Shown here: positions 34,725 through 46,100 of the stretch, in pieces
Numbering within the stretch: position 1 is the stretch's first letter
How the letters are laid out: the number at the start of each line of letters is the position of its first letter
From: Rhizaria sp. SCN 62-66
Taxonomy: Eukaryota
NCBI GenBank assembly: GCA_001724265.1
Contig: MEDY01000031.1
Span: 1-64,000 of the forward strand
DNA length: 64,000 nucleotides
Direction: 5' to 3'
Position numbers and translations under genes: made by a program
The notes under the pieces: generated by a model
What the model saw: the letters and a program-made list of their open reading frames with translations, nothing else
Told to the model about the DNA's origin: nothing
The model's database searches: none

Positions 34725-36945
34725 CTTGTTGAAAAAACCTTCACACCCAAGAGGAAAAGAAAAAAAGAGATCATGTGAGAGTGTCGTTGTGTAGGATGGC
34801 GTTAAGGGCGGCGGACCGCGGTTGATGCTTAGGGGTGAGATGGGAAGCGTCCAAACAGTCAAGCAAGACAGCTATGGGAGATTTGAGAAATAGAACTCAA
34901 TATTTGTGTAGAAACGTTGTCTTTGTGTTATTTCGACAAGTAACAGCTGATATACAGCAATTGGGCGGCCCTCTGGACGTGGAAAATAGACTGGCCGACC
35001 CTTCGAGCCAGAACGAGTTGATTCTCTACAGAAGAGACTTGATCGTCAAAGACGCGGGAGATTAGCCAAGCAAAGAGAAACATCAAATTCGTAAACAAAT
35101 CATTTTATCGTTTCCCAATAAAATGCGTCTATCTCGCTGCTGTCGTGTTTTCCGTTTGCCACACGGCGCGGCCAGGAAAAGTTAAGCCGCATATGAGGCA
35201 AACGCCGAAGGGCCAAGCCCGACTTTGCGAGTTTTGAAACAACGATGCTTTGATGATTTAATTTAAGAAACTCATTCAGAAGATCGTATAAGATCCAGAT
35301 GCGTTGCGCTTTTTTAAGATAATAATAACCAGAGGCCACGCGATGGGAAGCAATCATAATTTTGTCGCCTGACAGGCGAGGTCCGCGTAACGACAACGTC
35401 CTTAGTACAGTTCCGATTTTAGGGCGCCAATAACGCGATTTCATGCCACATACGCTCATTTAGTAGCATTTATTACTTTGAACTTGAATCAAAATCGATC
35501 GGCCGCGTATGAGAAGGCTACATCACACTTTAGTCACATTCGCGTTCTGGAGTCACGGAGAGCTCCTTCGCTTGCCCTCCCCGACCATGCATATTGATGC
35601 AATATTGTTGATATATGTTTCTTAAAAAGATTATAATATATAACCTACACAGGATGTGTTGCTAGTATCTTTATTTTTACAATCACATTCTGTTTTAAGA
35701 CGTGGTTGCTTCGTGATTCAATTTAGGCGAAGGCTGAGTCACAAGCCAGGCCCATGGTCGTTCACTTTCAGATTAATCGCTCGACATCAAAGTGGACCAT
35801 TGTAGATATGAAAGCAACTTATTGTGGTATTCCCATGCAGTACCGCTCAATTAAATTATCGTTAACGGACTAACATGCTGTTTTGAATCAAATCTACAAT
35901 CATTGCTGGCGAACGGTCAAGATTTGCCTCTGTTGATCAGTTTCTATAGAGCCTGTAGCGATGAATCGATTCACAAACTCTAAAATAAATCATTTGATTA
36001 CAAGGTATTCAAACGCTATGCAGCCGTTCTAAATTCAATCCTTTTTCGACGCCCAAACATTACGATCCATGTCTCGATTCAATTCACACGCTCCTGACCG
36101 GCATCTCCGCCTCGTTGACTCTGACTCACCCAAGTCATCATTACCAACGCAGACAACATATTCACACGTAATACTACATGAACAATAACACAAGCTTAGC
36201 GGATTCACCATGGTTGGTTTCTTTCATGCAAGACACTGCTGTTGTTCGAACTCTCAACGGGCAATTTCGGCCGTACAGTGTGACCGACAACACGACTCGA
36301 GGTTTCTCGTAGCGTGCGAAACAAGGCAGAAATCCACCAAAAAAGGTCATTATTACCCAAAAAACAATATGAAACTATGCACTGTTGCACGCACACAAGC
36401 AGTTGTAACAATCGTGCGATGTCGCCTCACTTGTGTACAGGGGCCATCCGCAGTGACGATGCATGTGACGCAATGCAGGACCCCCCCCTCCCCCCCAATG
36501 GCACTTCACACACGGGTTCAAGACACAGCGACAGTAAAGCGTTGTACAGACATGTATAATATGTCGACCCACCTCAATCCCCTGGGGGGCGAGTGAACGG
36601 GCAATACAGCATGGATGAGCTTTTGTGGCACTCATTGACGGTGCGACGACCCCCTTGAAGCAAAAGCGGGATTATTTCAATACCAACAGGACATTCCGAC
36701 AATAGCATTTTGGGATAATGCCATAAATGCATTATGATTTCAGAATTAAAGCATGCCGTCTCCACTTGGCATGTTATTGAGTCCATTCGATGAACTTTTC
36801 TAATCGCAGCTCCCAGAACCCATAGTGGGTTAGGTTAGGTGAAGGGCTTGAAGAAGGTGAGTGTATCTGCACACTCTGATCGTCAGTTCTTGTTTAAGCC
36901 CGCATTTTTGCTAATTCAAGCTCCATTTATTATTCACTTATAATA

Positions 36946-37790
36946 ATGGAGCTTGGTCAGGCAAGTGAGCGTCGCTTTGACGACAACTCGACATACATCG
37001 GTTACGTTCCGCCAAACCTCCGTGTACGTTTACCCTAATATCATGCCCACAGAGCAACGTATGCTATCTTAGTGCCTTATTCCCGGCTCTTACGCTAGAT
37101 TTTTTAAATATTTTCTCGTTTCCACAGTCCGATTCGAAGCACGCGTCGCGCATCTCGGCTTACCACGGGCTGCGCTCGGCTGGAGCGACCGACCCCACTG
37201 TGCTCGACTCCCGTCTCGCGCGCCTCCACCGCGACTCGTTGCAACGCCAACTCGACCGTGCGGACGCTGACCACGCGTACCACACCACGCAGGACGCCAC
37301 CATTGCGCGTTCTGCTCGTTCGGGCTCTTCCACTCGTCTACACAGCGCTCGCCTCACCAGCGCTCGGCCTGGCAGCGGCGCTCGGCCGCACAGCGCAAGG
37401 CCACGCAGCGCAAGGCCCCCGTCTGCCGCGGCTCAGACCGGCACCGCTTCTGCCTCGACCTCTGTTGCCACCGCAGCCGTGCCTGCGCAGGCGGTGTTTA
37501 CTGACCCTGCGCTGGCGCTGTCGCGCGGCGCGGCGCGGCTGGCTGCGGAGCGGCCACGTCCGCTCGCGTCGCCGAGTTTCTCAGTCGACGCCGCAGTGCG
37601 CGCCCACGCGCGCCGCCAGGACGCCGCGGAGCCCGGCGCCGCGCTTGCGGCCATTGCCCGCGCGCGTGCAGAGGCTCCGCGCGCGCCGGTGGTCCGCCGC
37701 GCGCCAGTGCTGGAGCCGCCTGCGCCTCCGCGCTCACAGCAGTCACAGTCAAGTCGCCATTGTGAGACACACTCTAAGTCGCTATTGTGA
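36946..37790 (+). CDS. Hypothetical protein (2 exons, 246 aa), Arg/Ser/Ala-rich with SARP repeats
   Basis: Exon 1 36946-37023 (MELGQASERRFDDNSTYIGYVPPNLR), GTACGT donor, TTCCACAG acceptor at 37127, exon 2 in frame with track ORF 37200-37790; stop TGA. Confidence 0.7.
37024..37127 (+). other. Spliceosomal intron
   Basis: GTACGT...TTTCCACAG, phase 0, AT-rich. Confidence 0.7.
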
Positions 37791-38085
37791 GACGTACTTT
37801 GACCCATTACTTCGTTTGAATGAAGGATCGGGGTCGTTCTCGAATGAACGTGTTATTACACTCGTCGGTTTAGTGAAGAAAAGTACGAGTAATTGTATTT
37901 GTGAAGAGCTCACGTGGGCAGGACAGCAGGGCGCGCATCCTGCTTATTTACACCGTTGTTGTGTGAAAAATTATTACATAGTAGACACCATTACATACAT
38001 CTAGACGTCATAGCCGAATCACAGCGGTGACGTAGAATACACACACGTTACGCCATTTGAGGGAAGAACAAGTGATGCTAACCAA

Positions 38086-41000
38086 TTAGAGGTTGTTGCT
38101 GTTGCGGCGCGCGCTCTTGCCGACCATGTAGCCGACCAGCGTGGCCAGCGCGGCGACAGCGCCGGCGCCAGCCGCAATCAGTCCGACCGTGAGCGCCTTG
38201 CGCGCACTGCTGCTGCTGCTGCTGCTACCGTGGCCGCGGCGCCGGCCGGCGGCGTCGTCGTCGCGCGCCTTGGCCGTCGCACTGGCCTTCTTGAGCGCGT
38301 CCTCGACAAGCCCCGCGACGAGCCCAGCGACCGAGGCCTTGAGCTCGACGAGCTGGCCCGCCTTGCCGGCGCGCTCGGCCTCAGCCGCGGCCTTCTGCTC
38401 GAGCGCGACCGACACTGCGAGCGCGTCCTGCGCGGGCAGCGTGCGAAGCAGCGCGCGCACGGCGGCCGCCACCTCGTCGTCGCCGCCCAGCGTGTGCGCC
38501 GCCGTGCGCGCGAGCTGGTCAGTCACGCCGCGGTCTGCGCGCTCGCTGCGCAGCGCCGTCAAGAAGAAGCTCCGGATCGCGACGAGCAAGGGCGTGTAGA
38601 CGCCGCCCGTCACCACGCCACTCGCGCGCGCGTCGATCAAACTGGCCGTGGCGAGTCGCGCGAGCGCCTCGCTGCCGGGCGCCGCGGCGTCGCCCGCCAC
38701 GGCCGCGACGCACAGCGGGGTATTGTGCTTGAGCAACGCGGCGTAGGCGGCGCTGAGCGCGGCGAGCGCGCCGATCTTGATGTTGCGCGTCGACACGCAG
38801 CCGTACGCCGCGGCGTCGGCGTCGGCGGCCGCGCCCACGGCCAGCGGCACAGCGGGGTGCTGGTAGGCCTCAACCATGGCGGCCACGGCGGCCGCGGCCA
38901 CGCGTGCGGGCGCCTGGCCGTCGGCGCGCATGCCCACGTCCGGCAACGCGCTGAAGGCAGCCGCGGTGAGCACGGTGGCCAGTCCGCGCAGCGCGGCGCG
39001 CTGGACGAGGCCCTGGAAGCCGGGCGTGGCGACGGCGGGCAGCAGCACTGTGTGGATAGAGGCCAGGTCGCCCTGCGCAGCGATGGCGCCGAGCAGCGCG
39101 GCGTGCGCGCGGTAGGGCAGTAGACTGCCCGACACCGCGGGTGCGAGCGCGGGGCGGCGAGCCAGCGCGGAGCGCTTGCGTGGAGCCGGCACGGCGGCGG
39201 CGGCGTCGTCGTCGTCCGACTCGACGCACGAGACCTCGCCGTCCGAGTCGCCTGGCGCCGGGTCGCAGCCCTCGGAGAGCAGGCGTGTGAGCCCCGCGAG
39301 CATGGCGGGGGACTTGACGGCGCCGCACGCGCCGACAACGGCGGCGGCGTGCTCGAAGCCGCCGTGGGGGCGCACGCGGCCGCCCGCGCGGTCTTCGGCG
39401 TCGACGAACGCCTCGGGGTTCGCCGCGGGGCTGCGGACGGCCGCGGATGCAAGCGCGAGCAGCAATACCGTGCTGCTGCAGGGGCGCGCGCCCGCGGCGA
39501 TGGCGGCGGCCGCGGCGGGGCATGTGACGTCGAGCGCGGAGGGCGGCGCGGCGTCGGCGGCGCCCGCGGCGGGTGGCAGCGCCGCGATCGCGGGCGCCAC
39601 CAGCGCGTGCACCGACGGGGTGGGGTCCGCGGGCAGCGACGAAGCGAGCGCGGAGAAGCCCGTCTGCGTGCGCGTGGCGTAGATCCAGTCGCCGCGCATG
39701 AACTCGCCGTCGGCCAGCGCACCTGGCTTGCCCGCGGCGGCGACGCGGCGCAGCGGCACGGCGCGCGAAGCCGCGCTCTGGCTGTACGCGCCCGCGATGG
39801 TCTGGTACGCCCAGGCGCGCGTGACGCCGTTGGTGAGCGGGATCGCGACCGTGGGCAGCGTGGCCGGGCTGGTGCAGACGAGTCCGCGCTCGGCGAAGCG
39901 CGCCGAACGCGCGGGCCCGCGGGCGCCGCGGCCGTCGCGCGCGCGCGCCGCAGCATAGAGCGCGCCATAGTCGGGCACGCACTCGATGGTGCGAAGCAGC
40001 AGGTCGAGCGGCGGCGTGAAGGACACCTTGGCGAGCACGCGGTGCTGCGGGTCAATTAGCACCTGCAGCGGCGCGTGCGTCAGCGGCAGGCTCACGCGCG
40101 CCGTGCCGTCAGCGAGCGAGAAGCGCGCGTTAAGCACAATCCAGTCCTCGGGCGCGCGCTCAAACGCGACGGGCAGCGTGAGGTCGAAGTACGCGCCCGT
40201 GCACGAGGCAGTCGCGTGGCGGTCCTGCGTCTGCTTCAGAGTCACCGTGGCCACGCCCGCGGCGGTGTCGTAGGCGTATTCGGCCGCGACCGAGGGGAAG
40301 CCCTTGCCGTAGAACCACTCGTCGAAGAAGCCGGTGAGGTTGTGGCCAACGCGGAAGTGCGGCGAGTTCTCCGCGCTCGCGTCGCCGCCGGCCGCCGCGG
40401 CCGCAAACTCGAGGCACGCGCGGAAGTCGTCGGTCTCGGCGGGCGGCGCCAGCACGGCGGCGGAGACCGTGCCCGCGACGTCCTCGCGCGCGTAGGCCGC
40501 GTCGTCGCCGACGGACATGTGGCGCGTGAGGTAGCGCCGCACGCCGTCCCAGAAGACAGCGTCGCCGAGCTGCGCGCGCAGCATGTGCAGCCGCCACGCG
40601 CCGCCAGGGTACAGGTGGTAGTCGAACATGGACCAGGAGTGGTTGTAGACGTTGGTTGACACGGCGCGCACGTAGCCGCCCTGCGCCTCGGCGAGGTACT
40701 TGTCGCGGTCGACGCGCATGTTGTAGAGCATCTCCTCGACGCCGATGTTCTCCTGCAGCCAGACGTACTCGAGGTAAGTGGCCCAGGACTCCTTGAGCCA
40801 GGCGTGGTCGAAGTGGCGCGACGTGACGGCGTCACCGAAGTAAGAGTGCGCCATCTCGTGGATGTTGACGATGCCCGTGAAGTTGCCCCACTCACGCGCG
40901 GCCTTGCGGTCCAGCATGAAGACTTCGTTCCACGTCACGAGGGAGATGTTCTCCATCGCGCCGCCCACGCCGTGCGACGCCAGCTGGTAGTATTTGGGGA

Positions 41001-42450
41001 AGGGAAACGCCACGCCCAGCCGCGCCTGCAGCCAGTGCAGCATCGGCACCGTGTGGCGGAACGAACGTGCGAGCTTGCCGGGCGTCGCGCCGTCGGGCCC
41101 CACAGTCGGGACGCCGTAGTATACCACCTCGCCGAGCTGCGAGTTCTCGCCGGCGGCGCGCGGAGCAGCAAGCGCGGCGCGCTGGGCCTCGGGGGTCGCG
41201 GCGCGCGCAAAGCGGCCGGCGCGGTGCTTGACCAGGTAGCCAACGCCGAGCGCGAGCAGGTACGGCGGGCAGGGGAACGCGAGGCGGTAGTGCGTCACCA
41301 CGCGGCGGCGCGCGGCGAGCGTGGCGGCCAGCTCGCGCAGCGCAGCGACGCGGTCCGCGGCGGTGGGCGCGGGGTACGCCAGCGCGGCAAGGGCGGGGGC
41401 CTGGTCCGCGCCCGTCACGGCGGCGTCGTCGGCCACGGCCGCGGGGACGGGCTCGCTGACGCGGATGCCGTTGACGATCACCGTCATGCCCTCGAGCGCG
41501 GTGACGTGGAAGTCGTAGCGCGAGCGCACGGCCATCGTCTGGTCCACCACGGGCAGCCAGTGGCGGCAGCGCTCCGATTCGTGGTCGGACCCGGCCCAGG
41601 AGCTGGGTACCCACGGCCCGTCCTCCTCGGCGCCCCAGTGCGCGAGCGCGAACTCGGCCGCCGCAGGGCCATCCGCCGCGAGGGACGTCAGGAAGGCAGA
41701 GACCGAGGTGCCCGCAGCGGCGGCGGCGGCGGACGCGCTCGAGGCCGTCGCCGAGGCGGCCACGCGCGCGGCGGCGTCGGCGGCGTGCGCGGCAGCGGGC
41801 CGGCGCAGCGTCTGCGTGACGGGGCCGAACGTCATGCCAGAGTTGGGCGCGACGACAGCGTAGGCGATGCGCAGCGCGCGCACCTCGCCGGGCGCGAAAG
41901 GCGCGCTCCAGGTAACCGTGAGCACGTCGTCGGCGTAGCTGAACGACACGGGCACGGCCGCGCCCGTCGCCACCGCCGCGGCGGACGCAGACGCGTTGGC
42001 CGTGGGGTTGTAGACGAAGGCGCCAGCGGGAGCGCCGGTCTGCGCGGCGGCGGGGATCGCGACGGAAGCGACAGAAACGTCGGTGAAGCAGATGCCATTA
42101 AGCGCAATGTGCGAGGAGCGCAGCGCGTCGTCGGTGAGCGCGGCCTGCTCGGGGAGGTGGCCGTCGGACAGAGGGTCGGCGAGCTTGCTGCGCGAGTCCT
42201 GGACCGTGAGCGTCACCGCGGCCGTCAGCGCGGGCAGCGGGAAGAGGAATTCGACGTGCACGTCGTAGTGGAGCGGCACAATGCGCTGCGAGGGCGACAG
42301 GTTCGGCAGCGTGTTCTCCTTGGCGAAACGCCTGGCTGAGAGCGCGGCCGCGGCCTTCTCGACGAGCCCGCGGTCCAGACCGGCAAGGCGAGAGCGCTGC
42401 GCGCACCCGCAACCACGCTCGGCGATTGCGTCACCAGCACCGTACGGCAT
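38086..42450 (-). CDS. M1-family zinc aminopeptidase (aminopeptidase N-like) with C-terminal hydrophobic anchor (~1454 aa)
   Basis: GGAMEN and HEMAH-x18-E (HEMAHSYFGDAVTSRHFDHAWLKES) motifs, plus YPKYY-like FPFPKYYQ and LYPGGAWRLHMLR. ATG at 42450 follows TTTCTTTCAG; stop TAA. Confidence 0.92.
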   Translation of the reverse strand: MPYGAGDAIAERGCGCAQRSRLAGLDRGLVEKAAAALSARRFAKENTLPNLSPSQRIVPLHYDVHVEFLFPLPALTAAVTLTVQDSRSKLADPLSDGHLPEQAALTDDALRSSHIALNGICFTDVSVASVAIPAAAQTGAPAGAFVYNPTANASASAAAVATGAAVPVSFSYADDVLTVTWSAPFAPGEVRALRIAYAVVAPNSGMTFGPVTQTLRRPAAAHAADAAARVAASATASSASAAAAAAGTSVSAFLTSLAADGPAAAEFALAHWGAEEDGPWVPSSWAGSDHESERCRHWLPVVDQTMAVRSRYDFHVTALEGMTVIVNGIRVSEPVPAAVADDAAVTGADQAPALAALAYPAPTAADRVAALRELAATLAARRRVVTHYRLAFPCPPYLLALGVGYLVKHRAGRFARAATPEAQRAALAAPRAAGENSQLGEVVYYGVPTVGPDGATPGKLARSFRHTVPMLHWLQARLGVAFPFPKYYQLASHGVGGAMENISLVTWNEVFMLDRKAAREWGNFTGIVNIHEMAHSYFGDAVTSRHFDHAWLKESWATYLEYVWLQENIGVEEMLYNMRVDRDKYLAEAQGGYVRAVSTNVYNHSWSMFDYHLYPGGAWRLHMLRAQLGDAVFWDGVRRYLTRHMSVGDDAAYAREDVAGTVSAAVLAPPAETDDFRACLEFAAAAAGGDASAENSPHFRVGHNLTGFFDEWFYGKGFPSVAAEYAYDTAAGVATVTLKQTQDRHATASCTGAYFDLTLPVAFERAPEDWIVLNARFSLADGTARVSLPLTHAPLQVLIDPQHRVLAKVSFTPPLDLLLRTIECVPDYGALYAAARARDGRGARGPARSARFAERGLVCTSPATLPTVAIPLTNGVTRAWAYQTIAGAYSQSAASRAVPLRRVAAAGKPGALADGEFMRGDWIYATRTQTGFSALASSLPADPTPSVHALVAPAIAALPPAAGAADAAPPSALDVTCPAAAAAIAAGARPCSSTVLLLALASAAVRSPAANPEAFVDAEDRAGGRVRPHGGFEHAAAVVGACGAVKSPAMLAGLTRLLSEGCDPAPGDSDGEVSCVESDDDDAAAAVPAPRKRSALARRPALAPAVSGSLLPYRAHAALLGAIAAQGDLASIHTVLLPAVATPGFQGLVQRAALRGLATVLTAAAFSALPDVGMRADGQAPARVAAAAVAAMVEAYQHPAVPLAVGAAADADAAAYGCVSTRNIKIGALAALSAAYAALLKHNTPLCVAAVAGDAAAPGSEALARLATASLIDARASGVVTGGVYTPLLVAIRSFFLTALRSERADRGVTDQLARTAAHTLGGDDEVAAAVRALLRTLPAQDALAVSVALEQKAAAEAERAGKAGQLVELKASVAGLVAGLVEDALKKASATAKARDDDAAGRRRGHGSSSSSSSARKALTVGLIAAGAGAVAALATLVGYMVGKSARRNSNNL

Positions 42451-43155
42451 CTGAAAGAAATGTAGGGGTAATGGGATATAGTGCGGTACGTAAGGATTGT
42501 GGTGTGGTTGAGTGAGTGATGAGCCAGATGCGTGAATACGTCGGTGAGACAATGAAACGCAGATCGAGCAGGGCTCAACTGGGGGCCGTGCACATCCAGA
42601 TGGTGCGGTATTCAAAGCTCGTAGACGTTTTGATCAGCTAAGTTGGTATATTTCGCACTGGGGGCAACCACAAAATCATTCATGTTGTGAATGACGGTCA
42701 TGATGCTGCATACTGGAGATGTTTCAAGGGAGTATCCATGCGATGCGAACAAAGCGCGTCATCGGTTGCAACTACTGCGATATAGCACGCATAGCAAAGT
42801 CTTTTTCAGATAGCATTTCACAGGAATATATAGTCAACACGGTTTCAAGGCATCGCGGAGATTTATGCGGATCAACATCGATCTTGCCTGAGTTATTGAA
42901 GACGATTGCAGCGCTGACTCATTTGTGGTTGGTTGCCTCGCAGTTTGCGTCCGCTGTCAATGTTCTTGGACGGACTCTCATTTCAGGCGCACTTATTACC
43001 GTAAAGAGATTTGCTGTTTAGTCTGCATTTGAGTTATTATATGGAACGCAGATGTTCATATCTATTCCACTTGGTTTATTTTCTATCGACGACGAAACTG
43101 ACCCATAATTTACTGACGCATTCACTGTTTCTCTCCGCACCCTTGCCGCTCACAG

Positions 43156-46100
43156 ATGCTCACCAAAGGTGGGCTTCGCGCCGCGGCACTAGTCCGCAGC
43201 ATAAACACAGTTGCACTGTCGTGCACATCCGCATTACAGACAGCTCGGGCTGCGGTGACCCGTCCCGAGCTTCCTCCTGCGTCCCCAGCCGCACGCTTTC
43301 CCGTGGTTCCCTCGGACACTTCCTCTGCGCCTATAGCTACTTCAATGGCATCCGCAGCGCGCCCTTCGGTGCACGCGCTTCCCGTGCGCCCATTCTCCTC
43401 CGCTCCCGCCGCGACCGTTGCGCCCAGCGCGTCCGCGGGCCCCATGCTGATGAGCCACGCGCATCTGTCGATCCACCGGCGGCGGCGCGCGCGGCCGCGC
43501 GACCTGCGGCCCGGCGCGGTGCTGCCCGGTGACTTCGTGCCCACGGCCGTGGACTACGCGGCACTGCGGCGCGCCGTGCCGCTGGAGCAACAGTATGCGC
43601 GCGGCGCCGCGACAGGGCTGCTGCAGCTCGCCCCGCGCGCGCCCGCCGCCGTGGCCGTGCACCATATCGTCGCCATGGTGGCCAAGAACCACTCGCGGCA
43701 CTTAATTGCCCCGCTGCTGGCGGCCGTGCGGCGCGATCCCGCGATGAGCTCGCTGCTGTGGGCGCACCTGCTCAACGCGCTCGCCAGCTACCGCCTCGAG
43801 CTCGAGTTCCTCGACTCGGTGGTGTACCTGCTCTCGCGCTCGCCGGTGCCGTGGGCCGTGGACCCTGTGCTGGTGGCCACCATCGTCACGGGACTCAACC
43901 GCTTCGGGCTGCACGGCTGCTCCGTCGCTTTCTTCGCACACTACGCGCAGTGCGACGCCGACGCCGCGCTGTTCCAGGCGCAGGACGCGCTGTCGGACCG
44001 CGCCGTGATCAACCGCAGCCGCGCCGCGGCCGCCGCGCGGCAGGAGAGCGATGCCGCGCACCTTAACGCCGCCGCGGCCGCGCGCCGCGACGCTGAGCGC
44101 GAGGAGCACGGCGCGCTGTCCGCGGGCGGCCGCGGCGGCCGCGGCGAGAGCACCATGCCCTGGCTGCTCGGCGACGACATCCACGGCGGCTACGGCTACG
44201 GCGGCTACGGCGGCGGCTACTTCGACGGCGGTGGTGATAGTGGCTACGGCGACAGCGGGGGCGCCGAGTCGAGCGAGGAGGCGCGCGCCGCGCGGACGAT
44301 GGCGCGTTACTCGCTCAGCGTCAACAGCTTTCTCTTCGCGCACACTCCGCGGCGCCTGCTCTCGGCAGACGCGCTCCCGCTCAGCTCCAGCTCCGCCGGG
44401 CTCCCGCGGCGCGCAGCGGCTCGCCCTGCGCCGCAGCACGGCCACACCAACGGCAACGGCAACGGCAGCGGCGCGCGCGGGCCGCTGCCCAGCGCTGTGC
44501 GCCTGACTGGCGCTGTCGCTGGGACCGGCACTGGGAGTAGTACGAATGCTGCGACTGCGCCTGGCGCGGACCCTGACTTGCTGCCGACGCTGGCAGACCC
44601 GGCGACATCGACTGCTGCGCCCGCGGGCCTCGCAAGCGCCAGCGCGGGCCCCGCGTGGGCGACCGCGCGCGCGTTGCGCAATACGCAGCGGTTCGTCGGC
44701 CACATTCTCTCCCGCGGCGAAGGCGCTGCGGGCGACGCCTACGACGCCGCGGCGCTCGGGCTTGGCTCCAGCGCGGGCGGGGGCGGCGGTGCGCAGACCG
44801 GCGGGCAGGCGCTGGGGCTCGACGGGCTGCCGGTGCGCCGCTCGGGGCTTGCGGCGGGCCGCCCCGCGCTGTCCGCGGGCGACATCTGGCGCGCGACCCG
44901 CAGCGCCGTTCGCGGCGAAGTGAACATGCTCGATTTGCCGTCGGACCTGTCTGGCTTCCCCGCGGGCGGCGGCGAGGACAAGATCGTGCCCGAAGTGCTG
45001 GGCTTCGCAGTCGAGTACATGAGCAGCCGCATCACGCCGCGCGCGGCTGACGCGTTCGTGGGCGAGTACTTGGAGTGGGACGCGCATCTCACTCACGGCC
45101 GTCTTGCGCGCGAGCTCGGCGAGGACTTTGACTGCCGGGGCTACAGCGAACACGACCCTGACGCCACGCCTCATTCGCCCGCGAGTGCTGCAGCTGCCGC
45201 TGAGAGCGTGCCGGCGTCCACTGGGACGGCTGGGGCGAGTGGCGGCACCGAGTACGTGCTGCCCGAGGCGCGCGTGGCCGTGCCGCCGGCGTCGCTGTTG
45301 CGGTCGCTGCCGCAGACGTTTGCCACGCAGGCGCCCGTGCACACGGGGCTGCAGTACCTGGACTCGACGCTGGTGAACCTGGGCATGTTCTGGTCGCACT
45401 CGCCGCTACACTGGGTGGCGCTGCAGACGTGCGTGCGCGACATCTCGGGCGACTACTGGGACCGCGTGCTGCGCTACAACGACTCCTCGCTCGCTGGGCC
45501 GGGCTCCGCGGCGTCGGGCGTCACCGCGGGCGTCGGCGCGAACTTGGGCTTCGGCTTCGCGCCCGGCGCGCCGCCCGCGCTGACGGCTTCGGCCGCGCAA
45601 GCCGTCGCCGCGGCCACGGGCGTGCAGTCACAGGTGCCGTGCTTCCCGGACCCCGTGACAGCGACGGCGCAGTCTCAGCCCTTGCTGGTGGCGCTCACAG
45701 CAGCGCGCCGCGCGCTGGAGCTTACCGAGGCCGGCGCGCTCTTCTCACTGGAGCACCCCGCCGTGACGACGGCGCACGAGCTGGAGCAGCTGCGCACCGA
45801 CATCTTCGCCTTTGCGCCCTACGACCACCGGCCGTACGACGACAACGCGCTCGTGCGTCTGCACCAGAGTCACCAGGCCGCGTCCGCCGCGACGGCCGCC
45901 GCCGAGGCCGCGACTGTGGCCGCCGAGGCCGCAGCTTCCGAGGCCAACCAGGCCGGCGGCGGCGCGGGGCCTGTTGACGCCTACACGGCGACCGTGGCTG
46001 CCGACGCCGCCGCGGCCTCGACCGCTGCGGGCGCCGCGATGGGCGCGTACTACGCGAACCAAGCCGCGCTCAAGAACCACCTGCGCAGTCTGCTAACCTT

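Noticed and set aside
34835-36786. Short ORFs in the AT-rich spacer (e.g. 35100-35459 -, 36210-36596 +)
   Set aside because: Intergenic composition, no motifs, overlapping in several frames.
36827-36840. GGGTTAGGTTAGGT telomere-like motif
   Set aside because: Only about two units; expected by chance.
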